From Ginglymostoma cirratum (lineage: Eukaryota), in NCBI GenBank assembly GCA_024137785.1, contig JAHRHZ010000126.1, forward strand, positions 4,159,691-4,223,690: DNA of 64,000 nt, read 5' to 3'. Positions 1-14,350 of this stretch are shown here, one piece after another. Position numbers and translations under genes: made by a program. The notes under the pieces were generated by a model. That model was not told the DNA's origin. It searched no databases and saw nothing but the letters and a program-made list of their open reading frames with translations. The first letter of the stretch is position 1. Each line of letters starts with the position of its first letter.

Positions 1-75
1 TAGGAAACCTGGTCAGCATGGACATGTTGGGCCAAAGAGTCTGTTTCCATGTTCTTTGACTCTATGACTCTATGA
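1..75 (+). mobile_element. 3' tip of a CR1-type LINE/SINE
   Basis: Typical CR1-clade tail (ttgggccaaagagtctgtttcc) ending in (gactctat)n repeats. Confidence 0.7.
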
Positions 76-1680
76 GACAGGTGGTACCTGTAGGCATGCA
101 AACAGAACTGAAACCACATACAGACTCAGCTCCCCCTGCCCCCCGCCCCAACCAATGCCTCCTGCCAGGGCACATCTGACGTGACCAGGTCTTCCATCTC
201 CACCCTCAGCCATGTTTGTGCAGTTGACTTTCAATCCCAAATGGCAAAATTCCAACTTTGTGTTCTCCTGCATGCATTCCAGACTCTGCCTGAGATCCCT
301 GTTGATCCCCTCATATCCTTCACTTTCCCTCTTGTGTCATTATTCCTGTGGCTCCAATGATCTGTCAGCCTCCTCTTGTTTCTATTGAAAACCTTTACAT
401 AAATATCAATGTTCCCATATTATGCATGGTGCCCATGTATATGAGAATTGCCATGGTTCTGCTGCACAATATTCTACCTACATGAAGACCGACTTGTGAC
501 AAATCCACTTCCCAGACTCCCAGTCCCCTCCTATCTTCCATGAGACACCATTCATCTGTTCTACATTACCCCCTTCCACTGTAATCATTCCCTCAACAAC
601 CCAATGTAATGAAGTCCATCCCCAGACCTGAGTTATGCACTACCCATGGAACAGTCCTGGAGGACTCCCTCCCCAATAAGACCCCTGATAATTATTGACC
701 AAATCCCAGGAATCACTGTGATCCACCCCCAGACTCAGTTGGCAGGACAGTCCTGAACTGATGACTGTACAGCACCCCAAATGACCTAGATGTATTCCCC
801 AGAGTGGAATGGAACTGACCTTACTGTGGCCCAGTTTGCAAGGACACAAATCCCCAAACTCTGAAGGACCAAGCACCTGATTGTGGTCAACCCCTGATCT
901 GCAATCGGTGTACTCCTTGACTGAGTGAGAAAGACCCCCTGACTAACTCTAGTCCCCTTTGACCCCATTAAGTACTACTCCCCTTTCAGACCAGGGATTT
1001 GATTGAATCTCTTGAAATGAGTTTGCCACACAAGCCTTTGGCACATGCTGTAGGTCTGAGGTTGATGTAACCTAATGCTGTACAGCGACATGTCCACCTC
1101 CCTAACTGTTTAGATCACTCCATGATGACTATTTGGCTGCCTCGCTCCATGCACTGAAAAGAAATGTATGCCAAAGAGGCAGGCATCTAGTAATTTAGCA
1201 CTGAAGAGCCTAGGTGCTAAAAGGCTACAGACTCTAACAGATTCCAAATAAGTGAAAAGTGAACGAGCACTTTGAAAGCAAGACAAGATCCATAAGTTGC
1301 AGCCTGCAAAATGTGTTAGATGAGTGTATGTCCTTGCACATCAAGTCATAGGGCTGAAGAATGCAGGTCATATATGTCCCTTAGCTAAAAAGTTAAGGTT
1401 AAAATGGTGTGAGAGTTGGTCCAAAAGCAGTCATGGGATGTGGTGAGGCTGGTGGTTTGTCAATGCCAAGTTGCATGGACCAAGGGGTGGGGAGGATTGT
1501 GGCCATGCAGCATGAAGGGACATTATCAATGATGGACAGGACAAACATTCAGCTGCAGCCACCAGGCTCTGAATTTCCCGTCAGGAATTTGCGCAGTCTA
1601 GGTTCTCAGGGGCAGGCAAGGAAAATTGGAAGTGGAAGTAAGTTAGTTGCCGCTCAAAGGTGAAATTCTGAAGTCGCCAT
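76..1680 (-). mobile_element. Possible old Harbinger-family remnant resembling 24450-26500
   Basis: Short shared words (tgtccacctcc at ~1091 vs tgtccaccctcc at ~25849; tgcactgaa vs tgcactaaa) and similar C-rich composition; no clean ORF. Boundaries approximate. Confidence 0.3.
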
Positions 1681-2147
1681 TTAAATTTAAAAGGTAAATC
1701 ACAAATTTTTCTTGAGATTCAGATTTTTAAAATTCTCCTCCTGTTTCCCTTACATTCTTGCTACTTGGCTAATGCCCAAATAAAATAATGTGTCATATTA
1801 AAATACTTCTTTTTGGCACAACAAATAGGCCTCCAACAAATTAAAATTAAATTTTAATACAAAGGCTACTAAAACTTTAAAAAAAATACATGGATCATAA
1901 ATTGCGTCAAGTTCCAAACTGTAAAAAACACCGAAATAAACAGACACAGATGAAAAAGTTAAATATAGACAAAATAAACTTAATACCTGAAAAAGAATGA
2001 AACTAAATTTATTTTAGTTTAGCCAAATTCAGAAACATGCAAAACAGAGGATGGAAAAGGTAAAATAGGAAAAATGAAAGGGGTTCAAAAAACATACATC
2101 AACAAATTAATGTACAATTTCCGTGGCACACAAGTCATATTATACCA

Positions 2148-2906
2148 AGTAACAAGGTGTAGAGCTGGATGAACACAGCAGGCCAAGCAGCATCCTCTAC
2201 ATCGGGAAAACCAAGCGGAGGCCTGGAGACCACTTTGTGGAACACCTACGATCAGTTCTCAACAAACAACTGCACCTCCCAGTCGCGAACCATTTCAACT
2301 CCCCCTCCCACTCCTCAGACGACATGTCCATCCTGGGCCTCCTGCAGTGCCAAAACAATGCCACCCAAAGGTTGCGGGAACAGCACCTCATATTTGAGGC
2401 GCTTGGGAACCCTGCGGCCCAATGGTATCAATGTGGATTTCACAAGCTTCAAAATCTCCCCAACCCCAACCGCATCCCAAAACCAGCCCAGCTTGCCCCT
2501 GCCTCCCTAACCTGTCCTTCCTCCCACCTATCCCCTCCTCTCACCTCAAGCCCCACCCCCATCTCCTACCTACCAGCCTCAACCCTCCACCTTGACCTGT
2601 CTGTCCTCCCTGGATTGACCTAAACACCCTAGCTCCACACCTGCACTCACCTTTACTGGTTCCACCCCCACCTCTTTGACCTGTCTGTCTCCTCTCCATC
2701 TATCTTCTCCTTTATCCATCTTCTATCCGCCTCCCCCTCTCTCCCTATTTAGTTCAGAATCCCCTTCCCCTCCCCCATTTCTGAAGAAGGGTCTAGACCC
2801 AAACGTCAGCTTTCATACTCCTCTGATGCTGCTTGGCCTGCTGTATTCATCCAGCTCTACACCTTGTTATCTCAGATTCTTCAGCATCTGCAGTTCCTGC
2901 TATCTC
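2148..2906 (+). mobile_element. 5'-truncated Penelope-like retroelement (GIY-YIG C-terminus plus 3' terminal repeat) with an inverted terminal segment at its 5' end
   Basis: Frameshifted YIGKTKRRPGDHFVEHLRSV...PVANHFN...QHLIF..LGTLRPNGIN is a GIY-YIG endonuclease tail. 2150-2194 is the reverse complement of ~2826-2870. Flanking direct repeat agtcatattat(a/c)cca at 2133-2147 and 2907-2921. Confidence 0.85.
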
Positions 2907-4609
2907 AGTCATATTATCCCATTCAGGACTAATTGGGTTACTAAACCTTGGTCTAACTCATTGACTCTGCTATTGCTTCTCAAAATTGATCAATGATGTC
3001 CCTTTAATTGTTGCCAATGTTGTAGCTACTGGTAGGCTTTTATTCACTTATTTTTGACTACAGGATTTTAGTATAGAATAAATTTTCCTATGAATCAGTT
3101 CTGTTTTTATGTGTCCTGAGTAACTTGCAGTACTAAAAGTGCATTAGCGTAAATACAAAGAGTATAGTTGTGACACACAGGAGGCGCATTTTGTTTTGAT
3201 AAGGTGCAATTACAAACTCTGTCTACGAGATGAATGGTTTCTTACAAGTTAATATCTGTAAATAGCTGGTATTTGGTAGAGATAGCCATGCAGCTGAAAT
3301 TAAAACTAACCCTTAAAACAACTAGTCCTTAACATTACCCTTCAATAAACCTTTAAAATAGGCTAGGTTTATTAAGAAACAGAGAGTAAAAATGTATATT
3401 GTCGAAATCTAAACTAAACCCAAAAAACGCTAGAAGTGCAAGATGATCAGGATCTGAAAGCCAAGGTTGGTTTAATATTTCAAGTGGCATTCAGTGGAAC
3501 TGTTCAGAAGAAGGGTTACTTGCAATCCTGCATATGAATAAATTTTTGATGTTGATTTAATTTCTGTGTGTTTTTCACTTCATGTATGTGTATTTTATTA
3601 TTACTAATATTTATTACTATTTTTGGATTATAAACATTGAGAGGAAGACATACAAAAGTGACTGATTAAGTACAAATTAAACTGAACACAATATTTCTTA
3701 AATCATGCAGACACAAAAACACTGCTTATTTTTATGGTCATATCATTTGCAGAAGAGCTCCAGTCTAAAGGCAGAAAAAGTCAGTCAACAAAACAAAAAC
3801 ACAGCTTATTTTGAATGACACAGCCTAATGAAAAGTGTTTGACGCACAGTTTGTTGCACATTACGCCAGAGTGTATCATCACTGCGGCTGCACAGAATTT
3901 ATGCAGTTGAATACAACCTATCAAATTCATCAATATCATGGAAAATTACCGTTAAATAGAATCCACAAAGGAAACTTTGCCACAAGAAGTGATTTAAGAT
4001 TATAGCCTAAGGCTGATATTATCTTCAATTTAAAAGCTTGTAATTGCTTTTGCTTCTAACTCGCGTGCATTTAATCACTGGCAATGCTGTTTGCTGTGGA
4101 TCTTTTCAGACTCCATGACCAGGATATTGAAAATGTGCTTGTTGATCATACAGTGGGGCTAGCTCACTACTCATTAAAAAATTCCTTTTGCTTTCAAGGC
4201 AAAATCCATTGTTTAATTATATTTATGTTTTGCTGCCAATCTAGCTCGTGAGATTTACAAAGCACTCAGTCAGAAAGGGAGAAAAGAAATATTTTTTGAA
4301 AATAGGGTGTATTGAGAAAAGAAGTCTTGACAATTTATTCGTTACCTGGGGAGTGGCACTTACAAGAAACATAACGCTTTAGTCAAAACAGCTAGCAAGT
4401 AGGAATTCAACGGAAAAAATACTTTGAAACACCATTTTTAAGAAAGCACATAAGCCTTGACTCTTGGCTTTTCTGAACTCGAGGATCGTGAGAATTGCAT
4501 TGGATGGTCACTGGTTAAATAGAGCTTTCTGGCTCTCGTCTTCCTCCTCATATCCCCCACACCCTGTATCTTCCATTGCCTTCCCTACCCCAAAGGGCAT
4601 GACAAATAA

Positions 4610-5312
4610 CATTTAATGAAGAAAAAACCTTTTAAAGTGACAGGCAGCACAGGTGAAAATAATGCTTAATAAAGCTTCCATTATCCTAGTCTTTATTAAT
4701 AGAGGAATAAAGTAAAAGAACAAGGAGGTTATGCTAAACCTGTATAAGAGACTAATCGGACCTCAGCTAGGGTATTTTTAAAAGTAATGGGTGCCACATT
4801 TTAGGGAGAATATGAATAAATTTGGCAGAATGCAGAACACATTTACAGAAATATTCCAGGGATGAGAAACCCCAATTGTAAAGACAGATGGGAGAAGTTG
4901 GGGGCCATTTTTGATGGAGAGAACAGGCTAAAAAGAGATGTGAAGGAAGTTTTCAAAATCATGAGATCTGGATGGAGTAGACAGGCAGAAACTGTTTTTG
5001 CTCATAAAAGGATCAAGAACAGAAAAGCACAAATGTGAAGTGATTTTCAAAAGACCCAAATGCAGTGTGAGAAAACACATTTTCATGCAAGGGCGATTTG
5101 ATTTTGGAATGCACTGCCTGGACATATGGTGGAGACACTTTCAATTGAGGCATTCAAGACGGCTCTAAATGATTATTTACATAGAAATACTGTGACAGGT
5201 TACAGGGAAAATGTGGGAGAATAGACTAGGTTGTGATGCTCACTGGAGATGCAGTGTGAACAAAATGGGACAAATGGTCTCCTTGTGTCCCAAAACAATT
5301 CTGTCATTCTGA
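4610..5312 (+). mobile_element. Degenerate CR1 LINE 3' fragment
   Basis: Similar to the RT C-terminal region and 3' UTR of the CR1 at 23800-24440; many stops. Confidence 0.7.
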
Positions 5313-5549
5313 AAGTTCCAGTCTCTGAACGCCAAGGCAAGGATAAGCTAGTCAGTGGTAGCATCCAGCAACAGAAACAGTAATGCCGGTTAAGTATTAG
5401 CACAGGAGAATGCCTTTATTGTATTACCATTTTGAGAACAATAAATTGTAATTACTGCAAATATGTGAAATGTACTTATAACTGTTCATTTACCTGTTTC
5501 AGAATCAATAAGTTTGTCTGTTGGTTTGTAGTCTGAGCCACGATCTGAC

Positions 5550-5970
5550 AAAAGGACTTATATTTGTATAGCTTCTTTCAAGATCACTACTCAGTCAAAA
5601 CATTCTACAGCCAATGAAGTATTTCATATGTTTAGTTACTGTACAGAAAAAAATGCACCCAATTTAAATTCTAAAGGAACAGTAATATGGTAACAAGTAG
5701 TTAATCAGTTAATGTGGTGTTGGTCATGTGATAAATATTGACAAGAGCACAAAGGATACTTCTGCTTTTGTTCAAAATACATGATGCCATCACTTTTTTG
5801 TCTAGAGGACAGATGAACCCTCATTTTAACATCTCCTCAAAGAGAAAGCATCTCCAACAGTGTACTAGCCACTCAGTAGCATCAGTTTAAATTTTATACA
5901 CAGATCCTAGAGAAAAATTAAATCCACAACATTATAACTAAGAGGTGAGAGTGCTACAAAATGAGCCACA
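5550..5970 (-). mobile_element. Old tRNA-derived SINE, probably Deu-SINE-like
   Basis: Minus strand starts with a tRNA-like head (tgtggctcattttgtagcactctcacctct); body resembles 33005-33745. Family name is from recollection. Confidence 0.5.
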
Positions 5971-8900
5971 ATATGACCTATATTCTATTTTGACAAGCTA
6001 ATACATACTGACATGGTTTAGTTGTTAAAACCCCTGAGTCTTCCTGTACTTAACTGAATGATTGGACAGAAAAAGAGCTCTGCCTCGTAAGTTTTACGAG
6101 TTATGTTTATGATAGTCAATGACATTAAACTGGGGGAAAATATCTTGCACAGAAGTATTTTTTAAAATGTTTATGCAATCAACGTAAGTGCTCATTTCAA
6201 GTCAGTTAAACAAACTGTCACTTTCCTGAAATTTCCAGCTTATGTCACCTCCAGTTAGCTCAAAGGACAATAAATTCTTGCTCTTTTACGCATTACTAAC
6301 CAACGCTGTTGAATGTTTACAACAGCTTCAGTATCTTATTGTGGTTGCAGAATGATAATGGGAGGTAGAATACTCATTTGGGGATCATGCCCTTGTTCAC
6401 TGTCCAGTGATCCCTGCACATAAATACCTGGTTACACCATCTTACATGTGAAGACTGGCATTTGAATGAAGTGACAGAATATATTCCAGTACATATGTAA
6501 CCGTATTCCAGCACGAGCCAGCAGCTGCCTGAGAGAGAGTTGAGACGAGGAAAATAGCAATAACTGTTTACTACACTATTGACACTCTTGGGAATTAGTG
6601 AATAAAGATGGATGTGTGTTATCATTAAAGAAGAAACCATCTTTAGAAATGGTCCACGATTATATCGCTCAATTTGCACAAAAAAAATCTTCCCCCACAT
6701 AACTAAATGTTAGCATTTAACTATCTTCAAGGAATGTCATCCCTCTACTGAGTTCTACTACTGCAGTAGAATAATCATTAAATATATTTCTGAATGAATA
6801 TAGCAAAATCATCGCACTACTGTTTGCACTTTATAATCAATCCTTCAGACAATACCAATTGGTCACACTGAAATTCATCCTAGTTGTTTGTAAATGACTG
6901 GCAACTAGTCATGCCTGCAAGCTTTAAAATATTTAGATTTTAATATAAACCAGTTTAAACAATCATGAATTACTAAAATAAAACTCATTTTAAAGCATAC
7001 ATTTGCATCACCTGAAAATAACTAACTACCTGCACTGAAATCACTGAATACTACAACTCAATTGATCAGGGCACTGTGGACAGAAAATGGAGAGTCCTGT
7101 AAAATGTCATGCAAGCAAGTTAAATCATTTTACTTGCAATTAGTAAATATACAATGTTCTCACGTGTCATAAGCAAGCAACCATAAAAAGCATTTTTAAA
7201 AAAAACTCAACCTTGAAATTTAAAGCATTGTCATGTAATGATGATCACAAAGGTTCTGTATGTTATTGTATCATGACAATGGGTCATAACTTTAATCTAC
7301 CTACCGATATATCGAACTTTTAAGTATAAAATGCTTTCTTTTAAGAAGGCCAGAAAAACCAAAAGATTGTTAGACTCAGTATGCATCTGGAAAATTCCAA
7401 TACATACCATGGAACGTCACACCTGAAGACATCAAGGGAAATTCAGAAAGCCTCTACTTTGATCTCATGGGCCTACACTGATATTAAGCAGAAAAGCATA
7501 TCCTATGAGTTGTATCCAATTACTGTAGACATGATATGAGTTAAAAGAGGGACAGTTCTGAGCAAAAGACATGCTTGCATTTTACCCTTCCAGGAATACA
7601 CGAGAATGGGGGTTTACAAAACAAATGCAACCTTTGGTCTCTGTGCGTGGAATGCTGTTGTGCTCATTTACTATTGTGCTTACTTGGGGATTTAGTTCCA
7701 ATCCATTAATGCGCACTGTGAAAGGGCCACAGAGAAATTTCATTAGACACCTTTGTGTGTGCAGGTAAGAAAAAGCAAAGTTTCTCAATCTCTCTCATTT
7801 CTGAAAACAAGTCAAGTTGGCAAAGTCACTGTTGAAAGAAACTGGAAAAAATCCTTTCAGCTAACTGCTGAATCTCAAAACAACTGCTCAATTGCCAAAG
7901 TCAGCATTACTGGAATCACCCACCTTAACAGCCACAATATTTCACAATCTATTTGTCACAAACAAGTCAAAGACAGATTTGCATTTTTTTTTGGTTTTAC
8001 TTTATTGACTCATCTCTCATTTCTAACCTACATTTCTATCACATTTTTTTTCAGTTAATAGTTAATCAACTACACTCTTCCTTTAACTCAAGAAAGGTCT
8101 GGTTAAATTGGCTCCTTTCAAAACTACTTGAACTCGGAAAAGATAGCCACAAATAAAGAGATCCTTTTCAAGTTAACTTTATTGCAACCAACCAAGGGAA
8201 GGGTCAAGTAAATAAAAGGGAGCTACTTCAACCTTCCGTGCCTGGGGACATAACTATTTGAGGACATCCCACCATGAATTGTAACAAACTAAGGACCCTC
8301 ACCTGGGAACCATTTGTAACAACAGAAGTACATGAACGCCAACAAATTGTAATAAAATTAACATTAGCACTCTACCACTTATTAATCCAGTTTAAGTTAG
8401 TACAGTGAAATGTCTTGAAAATAAATGAAATTGTATTGCAAACAGCAGGAATTAAGAGAAATAAATTGCCTGCAATATGTTTATGATTATCAATGCAGCA
8501 CAGCATATATTGTGCACATGTAAATGTCTGCTTCCAGTGAAAAAACCCACATCCATTTAACATAATATAGTTGAATCAAACAAATTTCCTTTTACAATTA
8601 AATAAATATTCACTTTTGTCAAAGTCTGATGACTAATCCTTTATTGTTTGATCCACAAAGTACACAGAATCTTCTCAAAAATCAATGAAAGTGGTGCCAC
8701 TGGTCATTAAGCATTTATTGGCTTAATACAGCCTTTATATCCTATACACTGGCTACATCTCATAACGCATTTGTAACATTTGTTCCTGTATAGCCACAGT
8801 ACTCAGTTTTAAGGATCAGAAATCTTTTGTGAAAAGTGCAGCCATTCTTTGGTCAAACGCATAGGATCCAGAATATCACTTGGATTAGACAGAATATGAT

Positions 8901-9439
8901 TCATTTTTTCCAATGGATGTCAAGATTATGACAGTTCCAAGTTAGACTGTTTATTCTGACCATACTTCAAATTATTGCTTTCTCCATTTCATCAAACTAT
9001 CAAGGACATAAAAAGAAAAATTTCTGCTTACTATGTGTAACATTGTGACTGTCTTCAAAAAACATGTTTACAATTTTATGACACAGAAGAACTGAGAAAA
9101 CCTTTCTGCTCTAAGAGCTCAAATCAGCATTTCCAAATCACATGGTATAATACTTCTACATACATGTGAAAAAAATCAAAGAGCAATAGCTTACTTATCA
9201 AATAAATTTAAACACTTGCACAAAATATGAACTGCCAAAATAAGGACTGAAACATAATGTGCAAACACAAGAGCTGAACACTAACTGTTAATGCCTCCCT
9301 TAGATTTACATATATATCTACACTTAAGATATACTCCCATATGTTAATGGTATTATTGTGCCTTGAGGTTCATTTTGTAATCTCAAAACCTACAATTCAG
9401 TATTTACTGCCTCCAGATGTCAAGTGTAACAACATGGGA

Positions 9440-9660
9440 ATCTTTTTCATTTCTTTTTTCAAAAAAATAGATGTCACTAGGAACTTGTTACCCATTCCTA
9501 TTTGCCCTTGAACTGAATGACAGGCTAGGCCATTTGAGAAGATGGTTATTGGACAACAGCATTTACTGTGGGTCTGGAGTCACACATAGGACAGCAGACA
9601 TTAGTGAAACAGATGGGACACTTTAATGACAATTGATGGTCACCATTATTGTTGCAATAT
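9440..9660 (-). mobile_element. SINE/LINE 3'-end fragment
   Basis: cccattcctatttgcccttga is the reverse complement of the LINE tail at ~17370-17400. Confidence 0.5.
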
Positions 9661-10060
9661 GCTTCAGGCACATTTTCCTTGCCACAGTCGCTCATTGTTC
9701 CTCGGCAATGTGCCACTCTGTGGCACCCATTCAGCCACAGAAATGTGAAAGTGTCATGTCAGCATTTTTCATTTTCTGACATGCTGCCATTCTTTGCTTG
9801 CATGACTTTTATCCTCTTTCCTCTATTCCTGCTGCACAAATCCTATCCTACATTGCCTCCATCCTCACGGATATGCATTGATGCATAATGTCCAACAAAA
9901 TACATTAAAAATCCTTGCATTTTCTTTTCATCTGTGAAAATTTCTTTACACCCTATTTGTTGAAACTTCTCTAGCCTTACACTGCCCTCCTGCACATCTA
10001 AACTTCCCTCTTCTAACTCCAGACTTTTCACGGCTGCTTCCTCTGTTATTAGTGATAAAC

Positions 10061-10286
10061 TGTAGTGATTGGAACCAGGTGGTCCTCATTAACAATGAGG
10101 TTATTGACTGGGGCTATTAACCTGGGACAATCAGGAAAGCCTTGACTGACCAATATAACCACGAGATTTGAATCTCCTCAGTTGAGGACTGATTTCGAGC
10201 TGACTGGCCACAGCCAGTGTGTTGTGCAACAACAAAAAAAAAGGATGATTTGGTGACGAGACACTGGCCTCTGAGCAGTTATTTCA
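10061..10286 (+). mobile_element. Candidate solo LTR (~226 bp)
   Basis: TG...CA termini (tgtagtg...ttatttca), internal ccaatataa promoter-like motif and an A-rich polyA-like stretch. Flanks taaac/caaag match only partly. Confidence 0.45.
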
Positions 10287-12009
10287 CAAAGACATCAACA
10301 ATCATCACCTAAAATTCCTTCCTTAAACTCCCCCATTTCTTTCCAAGTCACATTTTACCTTTCAAGAATGCTGTCAAGATCTATCTCATTTTGCAAGTTT
10401 TTAGTTGCCATATCCAATTCTTCCTATCATCATTTTCCATATGTCCACCTATAGTGCAGGCTTGAGGGGCTGAATGGCCTACTCTTGCACCTATTTTCTA
10501 TGTTTTCCTATTTTCTATGAAGTGTCTGAGAACTGCTTTTCTAAAAAAAGAATTAAAAAACACAGTATAAATTCAAGTTGGTGACCATAAATTTGATAAG
10601 CATTCATAGCAAACCAGAGATTCAAAGTGGTGCCTTGCAGTCTGGACAACATAGTGGCACACTTCAACTAATTCCATCTTTCCTGAAAGTTGCATACCAA
10701 ATTAAAATAATAAGAATTATGGCAACCAGTAACATTCAGTGTTAACTATTTTGTGGCATCAATTGTACAGTGGTTCCAGTGATGTCACAGAAACAATTTT
10801 CCTCTTGTAAACCATCTGTTTTCAATTATGACATCATTTTCACGTAATATGAAACATACTTCATGGAGTTGAAATCATGTGTGGTGCAAAGCAAAAAAAA
10901 ATTTGTTGACTTTTACTTGTTATTATGCTATTAAATTCCAAATGTAAAAACAGAATAACAGAGTACAAAATGTTACCCAACACTCAATGTGGAAAAGTCT
11001 TGCATGCAACTTTCTTGAGCACTAAACACAAGAATATCATCCATACACATTCATCTGTTTCTTATTCGCACAATAATATGTCCAAACTGATCTTCAAATA
11101 GCAAGATATTTAGAACTCAACTGAAGTATTCAAAATTGGGTGTATGAGACACAACATATCAAGAAGGAGAGAATTCTAAATCACATGCCAATAAACGTGT
11201 TAATGTTTTGACAAACCAGGCAAAACAACTCATTTTAAGTTTACTTTGGCAACTGAATCATGCCTATTCTTTACTCATGGTTATCCTTCAATGCAGAACT
11301 TCTATGTAGAAGTCTGAGAATGTTAATGAAATTTAAGGTAACTAGTTTAATTTGCATGTAAAAAAAGAGAACTGGAGCTCATTTATTATTCTACCAAGAT
11401 TCCAATTAAATTCTAGAATATTTGGCAAATATGGAAGCATTATAAAGCAAAATAGACTGTAGATATAAAATCAAGTGCCAGTTCTTCATAAAGTTTGTCA
11501 ATGTCTGCATCACTTAGTCTCTTGTTGTAATTTATAAAATTCACAGAAAATTGATATAAGAAATTCAAGTGAGTTTTGAGTAGAGCACATATCTCTACCA
11601 CAATTTGACATTCCAACATTACTACTATTACACAACCCTTCCTTGAGGCGTCTCCTTGTCTACTGAACAGTTTGTAAGTACAAAGCTACCGAAAGAAACA
11701 TTTTTCTTAACAGCCTCACTGAGGAGGCTTCAGATATGTCCTCATCCAACAGCCTGCTCAGAAAATTCTGCTTATATGTGACAGCGTTGCCAAATCCCAC
11801 CAGAACAACTGAAAGAATCCACAGCATTCCAAATAAACAACAAGTTGTCAGTCTCCCAGTTTTAAGGGATCCTTTAAAAAAAATCAGCATCTGAATCTGG
11901 ATCTGCATCCTCACTTAAAAAACAAGTATTTTTCCTTGGCCCATGTCCTATCAATGTATCAAGTTCAATTAAATGCCGAACAAAACTTCAAAAGAACCCG
12001 AAATATCAA

Positions 12010-13030
12010 AGAGAATAAATGCATATGGGATCCAAAGTTAGATCTGATAAGTTAGATCCAAATTGGCTTAGTGGTAGGTGACAGGGGGGTTTGTGATTAA
12101 TTGCTATTTGTATGACTGGAGGCTGGTATCCAGTGGCATACCACAGGGATCAGTGCTGGACCCCTAACTGTTTCTGATAGTGGGGTGATGATAAGTAAGT
12201 GTGTGGATGACATGAAGATTGGCCAATGGTTGACAGTAAGGAAGAAGGTGTAAAGTTATAGGAGGATATGGACAGATTGGTCAGAATGGCAGATCAGTGG
12301 TAGATGGAATTTAACCCTGATACCTGCTAGGTGATCCACTTTGGAAGAAGTACCAAGATAAAGGAGCACTCAGTGCAGGATACTAGGAAACTCCGAGGAA
12401 CAGAGGGATCTTGGGGTGCTTGAACATGCACCCCTGAAGGTGCATGGCAAATTGACAGAGTAGTTAAGAAGGCATACAAGATTATTTGCCTTTATTAGTC
12501 ATGGCATATGTTATAAGTGCAGGGAATTGTTGGAGCTGTACAAAACTTTGGTTAGGCCACAGCTGGAGTACTGCATGTAATTCTGCTCTCTGTACCATAG
12601 GAAGGATGTGGTTGTTCTGGAGGGGTATAGAGGAGATTACCATAAGGTTGTCTGGGATGGAAAGGTTTACCTATGACGAGCAGCTGGATAAGAGAGGGGT
12701 GAAGGGAGGACCTGATTAGGTGTATAAGATTATGTGGGGAATGGTCAAAGTGAACAGAAAGTAGCTGTTCCCATAAATGTTAAGGTGAAAGGCAGGAGGA
12801 TAAGAAGGGGTTGGGGATAAACGTTTTCACCTACCCAGGGGGCAGTGGGAATCTGGGATGCATTGCCTGGGAGGCGAGTTGAAGAGGAAACCTCACAATC
12901 TTTAAAAAGTACTTGGATCAGCACCTGAAATATCAAAACATTCAGGGCTATGGTGCAAGTGCTGAAGCATGGGACCGGTATAGATTTAGAGTAGTTTTGA
13001 CAGTGTAGACCCAATGGGCCTAAGGACCTC
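12010..13030 (+). mobile_element. Degenerate CR1 LINE RT/3' fragment
   Basis: Remnants of SGIPQGSVL, DDMKIG and LYKTLVRPQLEYC motifs; CR1-like 3' UTR. Confidence 0.85.
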
Positions 13031-13303
13031 GTCTGGGGTCTAACTCAGGTTTATAGTATATATATGTAAATTCATGAAGTGTGATAAATAGTTTGAGTGA
13101 ATTGCAGGTACAGATGATCACATTACAACATGATGTTGTAGTAATAATGGAAACTTAGCTCAAAAAATGGTAGGACTGGGTCTTAAATCATCTTGGATGC
13201 CTTGGTACTGCAGCTAGAGACTAAATAACTCATGCAGTGACAAACCTAATTAAGAACTGCTCTTGAATTTACATCTACAATTTAAGTAATGTGAATATGA
13301 GCA

Positions 13304-13620
13304 GGAGATCTTGTGGTGCATTGAGTAGCATTCTGACTTCTGAGCCAGAAGCTCTGGGTTAAAGTTCCCCTTCAGCACTTAATGTCCACTATGTGGTCAA
13401 ACAGGTTGATTACCTGCCTGTAAAACTTCCAGATACACCTATGGGAAGCAATAAGAGCATGAGAGTCCCCTGGTCAGCCATGCTTGTTGCAGAGTGGTAC
13501 CCCTCAAGTATTCACCTCTGGCAACAGGGTGGTGATGTGCTCCAAGGGTAAACTAGTTATTGAAACAAACTTAAGCCCATGCTTTGTCTACTTTATGTGG
13601 CACTGAGCATGCAAACAAAT
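13304..13620 (+). mobile_element. Possible tRNA-derived SINE
   Basis: A-box-like tggtgcattgag and B-box-like ggttaaagttcc at tRNA-like spacing. Confidence 0.35.
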
Positions 13621-13699
13621 GAAGGAAGGAACGTAGACTGGAGTAACAGGAGTGTAAATGAAAGGTGGAGGGAGCATTCCTGAGGATTATCCAAGACTA

Positions 13700-14350
13700 T
13701 AGCGGAGCAGGGCTCCTGACCCCAGGGCTCGTCCACTCCATCGGCTTTTCTTTTCCTTTTTTACTCTTTTCTCATTTCTTTTCTTTTTACTTATCTCTTG
13801 CGAAGAGCTTGGTTGTAGCTACGGCATTGGCGGCAGCAAGGTGAGCCCAGCATGGACTCATAGCAGAGGCATCGATGGCAAGTTTCAGTTCCGGTGCCCT
13901 CTGCATCGACGAGCTGGGCCCAGCACTGACTCATGGCTGCTGCGGCGGAGGTGAGTTTGGGCTCTCGGTGGCATCTGCATCCAGTGCAGACTCATGGAGG
14001 TGGCAGTACAGGTGGGTTTGGGCCTAGTATGAGACCAGGTGGCATCGGCAAGGTGGGTCCAGAGCTAATTCTTTGTGGGAGCGGAATCGTGTTTGGGCCG
14101 GTGCAGGATGTGGCGGCACCAATGGAGGTGTTGGTGGAGGCAAGGAGGCACCGAACAGTGGCAACTCTTGTTCCAGCAGCGCAGTGAGGGGACTCACGGC
14201 AGGCTCCACGCCCATGGCTGAGCAACCAATAAGATGGACTGTAAAGTTGAGTTAACTTTATTTTTCTGCCTTTATATTCTATGTTTTGGTATACTTTTCT
14301 GTGTTTTAAGCTGGTGCTGGAAAATGGGCCACTGACAATGTGATAAACAG
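13700..14350. repeat. Unclassified GC-rich interspersed repeat
   Basis: Abrupt GC/CpG-rich block followed by a T-rich tail in AT-rich context; its ORFs show no recognisable domain. Confidence 0.4.
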
